Source of the DNA: an uncultured Verrucomicrobiae bacterium
GTDB lineage: Bacteria > Verrucomicrobiota > Verrucomicrobiia > Chthoniobacterales > Terrimicrobiaceae
Length of the DNA: 64,000 bases
NCBI GenBank assembly: GCA_963706955.1
Contig: CAVPOC010000008.1
Span: forward strand, 1 to 64,000
Direction of reading: 5' to 3'
Shown one piece after another: positions 41,824 through 50,799 of the stretch (its first letter is position 1; the number at the start of each line of letters is the position of its first letter). The notes under the pieces were generated by a model. That model was given only the letters and a program-made list of their open reading frames with translations, was not told the origin of the DNA and ran no database searches. Both the position numbers and the translations under genes were made by a program.

Positions 41824-42383
41824 GGTTTTTTCGTTTCGATTTTGAGCAGTAACGCTGAGCCGAGCGCCCCGAGGTTAGGGGAAGATGCGTCGGCTCGGCC
41901 GGTGTCCCGCGTTGAGTGTTTATTTTTCCGATTTGGTTCGTTGTTTTATACCAACAAGTTAGTACGCCGCTAGGTGAAAAAAGACTAGGCTCGGCTGTCA
42001 GTGTAGCCAACGAGAGTCGAAATCCGCGGATGGCCTTGGTAATGCGGATCGGATGGGCCCTGGGGAGTATGATGGAACCCTCGAGAATGCCTAGAAGCGT
42101 ATGGCCCACAAATGGCCTTCCGCCACACCGGACGGGCTCGACGTCCACGATCTACCGCGACATCCAAGTGCGGGATCATGCCTGAGTCCTTAGAGTACGA
42201 TTTGGAACAGATTCTGCGATGACCCGAAATGGCTCTCATGCTCGTCAGCGCCGATGTTATACGCGTTGATGGGAACTGGTTGGCGTTCGCCGTGTAGGGC
42301 ACGATTCCTTTCCTCAGCCCCCAAAAAGCAGAGCTGGCTCCAGCGCATCCGCGGCATCATTGAACATTCCCAGCGACAGGTGA

Positions 42384-43829
42384 CTATCCGCGCACGACGC
42401 GATACACGGATGCGCTGCCTTCGACGCCGCGAAGAGGGGCAGCAAATTCGACGACCTTATGGCCGGCAAGGAGAGGGCTAACTTCCGGCGCAGTATAGAG
42501 CGCTTCCGAGATACAGATCTCGCCGGCATCTGCCAGGGCCTGCACGCGCGCGGCGACATTCACGGTCTGACCGAAATAGTCCAGGTTGTCGTTCAGCGTC
42601 ACGGCGATTGACGGGCCGCAATGCGCGCCGATCTTGAGGATGATGCCCGGTTCGCCATGCTCGCGATTGTAGCGCTCGATTTCCCCGAGAATGTGCACCG
42701 CTGCCGCGACCGCATCTGTCGGGCGGGAGAAGACAGCCATCACCGCGTCACCGATCGTCTTTACGACAGCGCCGGAATGTTCCTGGACGGCGGCGTCGAG
42801 CAACGCGAAATGCTCGCGGACCAGCGCATAGGCATTCAGATCGCCAAGGCGTTCATACATGGCGGTCGAGCCCTTGAGGTCCGTGAACAGAAAGGTCACT
42901 TGCCGGATACCGAGCCCTTCCCTCTCGTCGACGCGCTCCGATCGGAACAGCCGCCGGAAGGTTTGTCTCGCAAGCAACGTTCCGCCCGACATGTATGGCT
43001 CGAAGTCGAGCACTGGTTTGCTCGTCTGGGCCACGATTTCGGGAGGCCAGTTGATCAGGAGCAGCGAGCCGCGCGCGGGTCCGGAGTTCTCGACCTCGAT
43101 GACGATAGGACCGGGCGGCACGGTGGGCAGCGAAGGTGAAAAGCGCTGCCCATCGTATCTGATTCGCAGCAGCGTTGGCGTCGTTGTTGGCTCGCCAGCT
43201 ACCGGCACCATCAATGCGGCCTGCGTCCTGACGTTCACGCCCGAGAGAGCGCCGGGGCCAAGGTCAGCCCGCAGCGTGGTGGTGGACTCCGGCGGCAAGA
43301 ACGCCAGGCCGCGAACCAATCCGTGGAGAAAGTCGAGAAACCGGACCTGTTGCCCGGGGAGTCGCCCGTCGTTCGAAAATCGAAGCTTCCAATGGAAGTC
43401 CTCGACCGAGAGCGAATCGGGATCATGGAACGGCAGCCGACGGAGTTGCGGCGACACCGTAAACGTGACCTCGATGAAATCGTCCAGGTCGGTGTCGCCC
43501 GATACGTCGCACAAGCCGCAGACATAGTGGGTCTTGAGCGTGCGCAGCGCTCCGAAGCTGTCGAGCACCATGCCGGACTGCGGGCAAATGACGTCCCAGC
43601 TCATCTCGAACAATCCGCTTCGAGTCGCATGAAGGAACAGGTCGATGCTTTCGGCTTCGGCTACTGAGCGGTCGCGAGCGAACGCTAGCGGATTGACACG
43701 GTACAGGGACAGATCGTCGCCGCTCCTGATGAGCGCTTCGAATTTCGAGATCACGCGCGGGCTCCAGGACCGCGCCTGCTCGATCTCCGTCATCTTGCTT
43801 TCGAGAAGCCCTTCCTGAATGTTGTTCAT
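42384..43829 (-). CDS. adenylate/guanylate cyclase domain protein with DUF5939-like N-terminus
   Basis: FLFTDLKGSTAMY, VKTIGDAVMA, LDYFGQTVNVAARVQ. Confidence 0.88.
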   Translation of the reverse strand: MNNIQEGLLESKMTEIEQARSWSPRVISKFEALIRSGDDLSLYRVNPLAFARDRSVAEAESIDLFLHATRSGLFEMSWDVICPQSGMVLDSFGALRTLKTHYVCGLCDVSGDTDLDDFIEVTFTVSPQLRRLPFHDPDSLSVEDFHWKLRFSNDGRLPGQQVRFLDFLHGLVRGLAFLPPESTTTLRADLGPGALSGVNVRTQAALMVPVAGEPTTTPTLLRIRYDGQRFSPSLPTVPPGPIVIEVENSGPARGSLLLINWPPEIVAQTSKPVLDFEPYMSGGTLLARQTFRRLFRSERVDEREGLGIRQVTFLFTDLKGSTAMYERLGDLNAYALVREHFALLDAAVQEHSGAVVKTIGDAVMAVFSRPTDAVAAAVHILGEIERYNREHGEPGIILKIGAHCGPSIAVTLNDNLDYFGQTVNVAARVQALADAGEICISEALYTAPEVSPLLAGHKVVEFAAPLRGVEGSASVYRVVRG

Positions 43830-44281
43830 CTGCGCGCCAGGGCAGTTTAGCGTACGATACTCATTGCCTGAATCCCGGGCCACAAATTTGTTTACAGGCT
43901 CGCCGTTCACCGCACGCGACACACGACCGCGGCGACCCGCTTTAAAAGCGAACTGTCACTCGCGGGCGCTCCCCCCTTCTTTTTCGCAACTGCCCTACAC
44001 CGATCGGCTCTTGGGTGTCGCTCTCGTCCGAAGATTCTTCAAGCAGCCTCGGCTCACGCCTTTTGCTCGGCGATGGGGGCGCCAGCGTTCACAGCAAGGC
44101 AGGCGAGCCAGTCTCCGCCTTCAGCGCGGATGTGGACTATGCCGAATTGCTGCCACGCTTGTTCGAGTTGTAGCCTGGGGCTCTTCCGCGCCGGTATCGA
44201 ATAGCCGCCACCAATCTCAACGGTGCTGGAACAACCGGGCAGGATGACCAAGGCAAGGGTGCCCCTCTACTAAAGCGCTGA

Positions 44282-45774
44282 ATGAAGCTGCCACGCTTGA
44301 TGCCTGTGGCGATTGCCGCCAGTCTTGGTTTCGGCCTTCATCCCATCTGCGCGGCTTCCCCGATGGACTCGGTATCGGTGCCCGACTCCAAAGACAAGCA
44401 GACCCCCGTTGCCGCTGCTTCCCGTCTGACCAGCGAAATGGAGAAGATGGCGGAGCTCCATGACTACAATTTCGTTAATCCGGAGAAGCAATACACCCTC
44501 CCGGAGCTCGTTGATCTGGCACAGCGGCACAATTTAACCACACGAACCGCTTGGGGAGAGCCATCCAGGCAGCCGCGTAAACCGGCATGACCAAGGCTGA
44601 GTTCTACCCCTTACTGACGGTGGTGAGCAGTTATGGTGGGGGATACTGGCATCAGGCCGTGACCGGTGCCCTCAAGCAAACTGGATTAGTGGTCCCCATT
44701 GAACTCAATGACAAGGCCGGTGGACCTTACACCGTCTTCAATGCCGGGGTGAGTCTGCGCTACACCCTCTTCGATTTCGGACAGCGGAGCGCCCTCACCA
44801 ACGCCGCCAAACGCAAACAACTCGCCGCCAATCTCACCTTCAACGCCACGCACCAGACAGTCACCTTCCAAGTCACCCAAGCCTATTACACTCTGGAGAC
44901 CACTCGTCGCCTGATCGAGGCCGCCGAGATCTCCGCCGCCTTGGCGTCGGACATCCTTTCCGCCACCCAGGACAAGTTTGAACACGGCTTGGTGACCGAA
45001 CCAACCCTGCTCCAGGCACGGCAGGCCAAGGCGCAGGGCGAATTCGACCTGGTCAACGCCCGTTCCAACTGGGAGGTAGCCCGCGTCAACCTGATCGAGG
45101 TGATCGGAGCCCAACCGCAATGCGCACTCAAGGTGGCCCCGGCGAATTTCGCCTCTCTCGGGAGTCAAATACAAGAGCCGCTTGACCTCTTCGTCCAGTC
45201 GGCTCTGAAGCAGAAGCCCGACTTACTCGCCAAAGTGGCCGAAGCCCAGGCGGCTCAGGCGAGCCTGCGTGCGGCAAGGGCCGCTCCTCTTCCCACGGTC
45301 TCACTCACCGCTATGCAAAACTACAGCCAGTTTGAGACGACAATCCAAGGCAGCGGTAACGTGCTGAGCAATGTTGGTCTTGGATTCCAGAACTACGGCG
45401 GTTTTGTGAAAGTCGAGTGGCCAATTTTTGACGGCGGCCTGGACAGCAACAAGATCAAGGCCGCCGAGTCGTCGTGGAGGGAGGCCAACGAGGCGGTGCT
45501 CCTCGCGTGGGTTAAGAGCATTGCAGATGTCTTGCGAGCCTATACCAACTTAAAAGCGGCCCTCGCCCGCCGGGAGTCGGCCGAGGCGCTCCAGACTGCG
45601 AGCAAGGCCGCTTATGATTCGCTGCGGGCGAGTTTTGATCTCGGCATCACACCGATTCAGGATGTTCTCGCAGCCCGCACCTCTTTGGCACAGGCCATGG
45701 CTCTGAGGGCTACCGCCGACGGGGCCGTTGCAGCGAGCCTCGCGACCCTCGCCTACGTCAGCGGGCGGCTTTGA
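44282..45774 (+). pseudogene. TolC-family outer membrane efflux protein (frameshift near 44555-44585)
   Basis: Signal peptide and YTLPELVDLAQRHN in one frame; KAEFYP, YTLFDFGQR and WPIFDGG in the next. Confidence 0.82.
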
Positions 45775-46150
45775 TTTTGGAAAAAACGAGCCATTTTATT
45801 GCTGCCGCCAGTATGAAGGATGGCAAAGGGTTTCGTCAGGGCGGGCGCGGCGGAAGGATGGCTGCTTGTGACGAGTTTACCGCAACCGGAGACTATGAAG
45901 TTTGCATGGACGGCTTAGCCACTGAATTGGCCGATTGGGCTGAGGAGCCGTCAAGCGGCCCCGGTCCGGCTCGCTGCCGTCGGGTAAAAGTGCATTTCAA
46001 ATACCCATGAGGCGTCTTTGGGGTAGTAGCCGGCGCCGGGTAATGCTCATACAGCCAGCGCGCGAATTCCTCTTTTCCCCAACCGGAAAAAATGTGATCC
46101 ACGCCCGATGTTTGCTGGTAACTCCGCGCCTGTCCCCCCTCAAACTGCCG

Positions 46151-46170
46151 TGTGCTACATTTTGTACTAC
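46151..46170 (+). promoter_or_regulatory. putative integrase arm-type sites TGTGCTAC-N4-TGTACTAC
   Basis: Counterpart of 16240-16259. Confidence 0.7.
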
Positions 46171-46290
46171 ACGCCGGGGAGCCTACGCCGGGCCGCGCCG
46201 ATGCTAGCGGTGCGCCCGCCCCGCTTGTGTTTATGCGGTTCGGAGGCCGTTTTGCGTTACGCGCCGTTACGCCGCGGGCCGGCAAAAAAC

Positions 46291-46302
46291 TTATTTTCCG
46301 TA
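46291..46302 (+). repeat. right att core TTATTTTCCGTA
   Basis: Identical to 16156-16167; encodes the last codons (YGK-stop) of the minus-strand lipoprotein gene. Confidence 0.85.
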
Positions 46303-46518
46303 GTGGGGAGAAAAAGTCTGCTCGGTGGTCCTGGTCGCCGTTGTTTGAACGAAGACCGTCGTCACCTTGGGAATTCCGGTCCGCAGCATCCGGGTGTAGG
46401 GTCCGTTGGCGAAATAGTTCCGCGGGGAATAAAGGTCTGCCCGGTTCTCAAGCGTCGTGCATGACGTTCCCAGGGCCATGGCGGCGGCGCAAACCATAAC
46501 AAGGAAGGCACGCTTCAC
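46291..46518 (-). CDS. small lipoprotein (island integration target)
   Basis: GTG start, KRAFLVMVCAAAMALGTSC lipobox. Confidence 0.65.
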   Translation of the reverse strand: MKRAFLVMVCAAAMALGTSCTTLENRADLYSPRNYFANGPYTRMLRTGIPKVTTVFVQTTATRTTEQTFSPHYGK

Positions 46519-46578
46519 GCACAAGAGGTAAACCTCTTCCCTGGTCAACTGTCAATGCGCTAAGACTTGCCAGCACTG

Positions 46579-47523
46579 ATGCTCGCCTATTACGTCCACG
46601 ATCTAAGCCCTTTTCTGGTCCGCTTCGGAGGCAACTTCGGTTTGCGCTGGTACGGATTGGCCTATGTCGCGGCATTCATCATCGGAATTCTCATTGTCCG
46701 CCGGCTCTCGCGCCTGGGATACTGCGACATCCCCGTAGAAAGGGTTTCCGACTTCATCATTGGGTGCGCCCTCTTCGGGGTGCTTCTGGGTGGTCGGCTT
46801 GGTTACATGCTCTTCTACGACCTAGGAAACTTTCTTCAGAATCCCTTGATCTTTTTCCGCATCATGGACGGCGGCATGTCCGCCCACGGAGGAATGTTGG
46901 GGGTCACTCTCTACGCTCTTTGGTATTCATACAAGCATCAGGTCTCCTGGCGAAACTTAGGCGACAACCTTGTCGTGGCCGTGCCGATCGGGCTTTTCCT
47001 GGGCAGGTTGGCGAACTTCATCAACGGGGAGCTCTATGGACGGGTTTCCACTGTGCCTTGGGCAGTGCAATTTCCCAAGGAATTGTATGAGGCGCCCGAG
47101 GAGAGTGTGCGTCAGGTCCTCATGCAAGCCGTCGCGGTTAACCCCAACTGGACTACCGTCGAGCATGTCGTCGAGAACGTGCGCCATTCTCCGGCCTTGC
47201 GGGAGATCCTCGCGGGCGCGCTATCGCCGCGCCATCCTTCACAGTTGTATGAGGCTGCTCTCGAAGGGGTCCTCCTCTTTGCCATTCTTTGGATCCTGCG
47301 GACCCACTTTCGACTTCCGAATGGAATCCTTACCGGCGCCTACTTTGTCGGCTACGCAATTCTTCGGATGATCGCTGAGCTCTTCCGTGAACCAGATGCC
47401 CCTCTGACCGGCCCGCTTACTCGGGGCCAGTTTCTCTCCGTATTCCTGCTCGCGATCGGGGTAGGATTTTTTATTTCTGCCTGGCTCCGGCCTGAATTTC
47501 CAGTCCGCCGCGGGAGGGGCTAA
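46579..47523 (+). CDS. lgt: prolipoprotein diacylglyceryl transferase
   Basis: RWYGLAY, GGRLGY, GGMSAHGG, GRLANFINGELYGR, RHPSQLYE. Confidence 0.96.
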   Translation: MLAYYVHDLSPFLVRFGGNFGLRWYGLAYVAAFIIGILIVRRLSRLGYCDIPVERVSDFIIGCALFGVLLGGRLGYMLFYDLGNFLQNPLIFFRIMDGGMSAHGGMLGVTLYALWYSYKHQVSWRNLGDNLVVAVPIGLFLGRLANFINGELYGRVSTVPWAVQFPKELYEAPEESVRQVLMQAVAVNPNWTTVEHVVENVRHSPALREILAGALSPRHPSQLYEAALEGVLLFAILWILRTHFRLPNGILTGAYFVGYAILRMIAELFREPDAPLTGPLTRGQFLSVFLLAIGVGFFISAWLRPEFPVRRGRG

Positions 47524-47532
47524 GATTCTGCC

Positions 47533-50193
47533 ATGGTTGTTGTCGATTATCAGCGTGGGGTTCGCTTGCCTTCGGCCGAACTCTGGCTGGACCCGCGCGA
47601 CGTGCGCGAGTTTGCCTTCGTCTCCCATGCCCACAGCGACCATACGGGCTTTCACCGGCGGATCCTCTGCACGCCGGCAACCGCTCGCCTTATTCAGGTG
47701 CGGCTTGGCGACGATATCGCCGCCTTTGAAAGCCTCGCCTTCGGCGAGCTCAGAAGATTTGAGGACTGGTCCGCGACCTTGCTTCCGGCCGGGCACGTGC
47801 TCGGCTCGGCGCAATTGCTTTACCAGGATCGACAGGGCACGCTGCTCTACACCGGCGATTTCAAGCTGCGAAACGGACTTTCCTCCGAGCCGGCCGCGAT
47901 TCCGCAGGCGGAAACGCTCGTCATGGAGACCACCTACGGGTTGCCTCGCTATCAGTTTCCACCTACCGAGGAGACGCTTGGCGCGGTCATAAAGTTTTGC
48001 CACGAAGCTCTCGAAGAAGGCGAAACTCCGGTGCTTTTTGGCTATGCCCTGGGCAAAGCACAGGAAATTCTTGCCGCGCTCAAGACCGCCAATCTCCCCG
48101 TGATGCTGCATGGAGCGATCGCCAGAATCGCGAGGGTTTACGAGGAGTTTGGAATGATTTTCCCGCCTTACGCCCACTTCGAGGCGAAGGCCTCGCGTGG
48201 GCACGTCATCATCTGTCCCCCGGCAATCAATGGCTCCAGGACTCTGCGATTGGTTCACCGTCCGCGAACAGCCGCCCTCACTGGCTGGGCGATGGACGCC
48301 GGCGCAGTTCACCGTCTTCAGGTTGACGCGGCCTTTCCGCTCTCTGACCATGCAGATTATTGTGATTTGCTACGCTATGTTGAAGCGGTGCGCCCTCGTC
48401 GCGTGCTTACCCTGCATGGATTCGCGCAGGAATTTGCCCGCGATCTCCGCAGCCGCGGGATCGAGGCTTGGGCATTGACCGGACCAAACCAACTGGAGCT
48501 CCCCATCTCGATGTCGATCCCACCCGAAACGAACTCTGTCCGCAACGGGGACCCGGCAATGGAAGAGAGCGGCTTCAATCGCTTTTGCCTTGCTTGTGAG
48601 GCGGTGCGCACCTCAACGGGCAAGCTCGAGAAAACTCGCCGCCTTTCGGAATATCTTCGTTCCCTAGACGATCGCGAGCTTCCCTTGGCAGTGGTCTGGT
48701 TGACTGGACGACCATTTGCGCAATCCGATAGCCGCCCTGTGAACGTCGGCTGGGCCGTAATCTATCGAGCCCTTCTCATGGCGAGCGGGATTTCAGAGCC
48801 CGACCTGCGCGCGATCGGCCGCAAGCATAACGATGCTGGGCTGACCGCGGCAGAAGTCATGCGCGCAAAGCCGGGCTCCCGCTCGCTCCCCTTACTCGAC
48901 GTCGGAGATATTTTCGCGCGCCTGCGGGATGCGCGCGGCCCGGTCCTCAAGACGGAGATCTTGACCGGGATCCTCAAGGAGATGCCTGCCCCCGCCGCAG
49001 GTTACCTGGTTCGGATTCTCACCGGTGATCTCCGCATCGGCCTCAAAGAGGGCCTGCTTGAAGATGCCATCAATACCGCGTTCGACCGCGAGATCGCGGC
49101 CGTTCGAGAAGCCCATATGCTACTTGGGAACATCGGCCAGGTGGCCCTTCTCGCGCGGCAAGACCGCCTCCAAGATGCCGAATTGACGCTCTTTCAGCCG
49201 GTCCGATGCATGCTGGCGAGCCCTGAACCCGACAGCGCTGCCGTCTGGCAGCGGCAAGGCGCCGCGGGAACGGTTTGGCTCGAAGACAAATTAGATGGGA
49301 TTCGCGCGCAGGTTCATTGCGACTTGGCGCGCGTTGAGATCTTCTCGCGCGACCTTCGCCAAATCACCGAGTCTTTCCCGGAGATAGCGCTGGCTGCTCG
49401 CAATCTCGGTTGCAGCGCGGTGTTTGATGGCGAGATCCTTGCCTGGGAGGCTGGGAGGGCTCTTCCGTTCCTGGAGTTGCAAAAAAGACTCGGACGGCGC
49501 GAACCGGACCTTTTCCTCGGAGGAGAAATTCCGGTGGCGTACGTAATCTTCGACATCCTTCTGCTCGACCAAGCTTCGTTGCTGAACCAGCCTCTTGCCG
49601 AACGCCGCCGACTCCTTGAGACTCTGACGTTGCAGGAACCATTGCTGAGGTCCAGAGTCGAACCTGCCAGCGACCCTGCGGCCATCGAGATGGCGTTCGC
49701 CGCAGCCCGCGAGCGAGGCAATGAAGGCCTGCTTGCCAAAGATCCCACGAGCTCTTACACCCCAGGCCGCCGCGGCCTCGCTTGGATCAAGCTCAAAAAG
49801 GAGTTTGCGACCCTTGATGTGGCTGTCGTTGCCGTCGAATATGGAAACGGCCGGCGAAGCAAGGTGCTTAGCGACTATACATTCGCGGTCCGTGACGACT
49901 CCGGCGACCAACTGCTAACTATTGGCAAGGCCTACTCGGGCCTTACGGATGCTGAGATTCAGGAACTCACGGATATTTTTCTAAATATCGCGACCTCACG
50001 GCAGGGAAACCGAATTGAAGTCGAGCCCAAAATAATAATCGAAGTTGCCTTCGATTCGATCCAGAAAAGCAATCGCCACGCGAGCGGCCTTGCACTTAGG
50101 TTTCCCCGTATTAAACGAATTCGGGAAGACAAGACTGTCCGCGATATAGATACCCTCGCCACCGCTCGCCGGCTCGCTGGGATCGCGGAATAG
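47533..50193 (+). CDS. MBL-fold/beta-CASP exonuclease fused to ATP-dependent DNA ligase
   Basis: SHAHSDH, AGHVLGSA, YTGDF, ETTYG, LSDHAD; then EDKLDGIR, FDGEI, EGLLAK, WIKLK, LRFPRI. Confidence 0.92.
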   Translation: MVVVDYQRGVRLPSAELWLDPRDVREFAFVSHAHSDHTGFHRRILCTPATARLIQVRLGDDIAAFESLAFGELRRFEDWSATLLPAGHVLGSAQLLYQDRQGTLLYTGDFKLRNGLSSEPAAIPQAETLVMETTYGLPRYQFPPTEETLGAVIKFCHEALEEGETPVLFGYALGKAQEILAALKTANLPVMLHGAIARIARVYEEFGMIFPPYAHFEAKASRGHVIICPPAINGSRTLRLVHRPRTAALTGWAMDAGAVHRLQVDAAFPLSDHADYCDLLRYVEAVRPRRVLTLHGFAQEFARDLRSRGIEAWALTGPNQLELPISMSIPPETNSVRNGDPAMEESGFNRFCLACEAVRTSTGKLEKTRRLSEYLRSLDDRELPLAVVWLTGRPFAQSDSRPVNVGWAVIYRALLMASGISEPDLRAIGRKHNDAGLTAAEVMRAKPGSRSLPLLDVGDIFARLRDARGPVLKTEILTGILKEMPAPAAGYLVRILTGDLRIGLKEGLLEDAINTAFDREIAAVREAHMLLGNIGQVALLARQDRLQDAELTLFQPVRCMLASPEPDSAAVWQRQGAAGTVWLEDKLDGIRAQVHCDLARVEIFSRDLRQITESFPEIALAARNLGCSAVFDGEILAWEAGRALPFLELQKRLGRREPDLFLGGEIPVAYVIFDILLLDQASLLNQPLAERRRLLETLTLQEPLLRSRVEPASDPAAIEMAFAAARERGNEGLLAKDPTSSYTPGRRGLAWIKLKKEFATLDVAVVAVEYGNGRRSKVLSDYTFAVRDDSGDQLLTIGKAYSGLTDAEIQELTDIFLNIATSRQGNRIEVEPKIIIEVAFDSIQKSNRHASGLALRFPRIKRIREDKTVRDIDTLATARRLAGIAE

Positions 50194-50203
50194 ACGCCAG
50201 CGT

Positions 50204-50734
50204 CTAGAGATAGTCCTTCATCTCGTAAAGAGCGGGATCGCGCTGGGGACGGCCGCGCCGCAACTTTAGAGACCCTGTCTTATCTTCGGCGGCTGCACCC
50301 TCGCCAAATTCCTCGCCGAGATTTTCCAGAGAGTCGCCGAATTCCTCTTCGAGTTTCTCCGGATCCTCACCGCGTTCCAAGCGCTGGATCATTTGCTCCA
50401 TCGCATCCGGCATTTTTTGTCCGGTCGCCTCGGTCATCTTGCGCATGAGCCGCCCAAGTTGTCGGGGATCCGGGTTATCCTCGTTCATTGAAGACATCTC
50501 GCTTTCCATCTCCGCCATTACTCGCTCCATCCGCGGATCAAGACTATCGGAACCCTCGGGTGCATCCGATTGCTCCTTGGCACGACCGGTAACGGCGAAT
50601 TGCGAGATCATCCGCTCCATTCGCGCGGTGGGATCATCCGGACAGCGCGGCGTCAGCTGACCCTGGGCAACGCTCCGGGCAAGAAAACTGTAAATCCGAT
50701 TCGTGTCCGGAGAGTAGAATTCGTAAATTGGCAT
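50204..50734 (-). CDS. FmdB-family regulatory protein
   Basis: MPIYEFY N-terminus; DPRQLGRLMRKM..RLERGEDPEKLEEE. Confidence 0.75.
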   Translation of the reverse strand: MPIYEFYSPDTNRIYSFLARSVAQGQLTPRCPDDPTARMERMISQFAVTGRAKEQSDAPEGSDSLDPRMERVMAEMESEMSSMNEDNPDPRQLGRLMRKMTEATGQKMPDAMEQMIQRLERGEDPEKLEEEFGDSLENLGEEFGEGAAAEDKTGSLKLRRGRPQRDPALYEMKDYL

Positions 50735-50799
50735 CGCATCGGAAATATACCTTCCAGGGGCTTCGGCGCACGCGGGAAAGTGGCTCCACGGTCAGACCC

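Larger units (their letters stand above)
16156..46302. mobile_element. tyrosine-recombinase integrative island, phage-satellite-like (~30.1 kb)
   Basis: 12-bp direct repeat at both ends, integrase next to the left end, paired arm motifs at both ends, replication/packaging-like core genes, and housekeeping genes outside both boundaries. Confidence 0.85.

Noticed and set aside
41855..41900. GAGCCGA..TCGGCTC hairpin upstream of the FAD oxidoreductase as a riboswitch or REP
   Set aside because: Single short stem with no recognisable family motif and no second copy noticed.
16156..46302. Complete prophage or conjugative ICE
   Set aside because: No capsid, portal, large terminase, tail, lysis, relaxase or T4SS genes were recognised.
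47239..48351. 370-aa minus-strand ORF and similar long antisense ORFs (e.g. 50893-51756, 52561-53436)
   Set aside because: They lie opposite well-supported genes and have no recognisable motifs.
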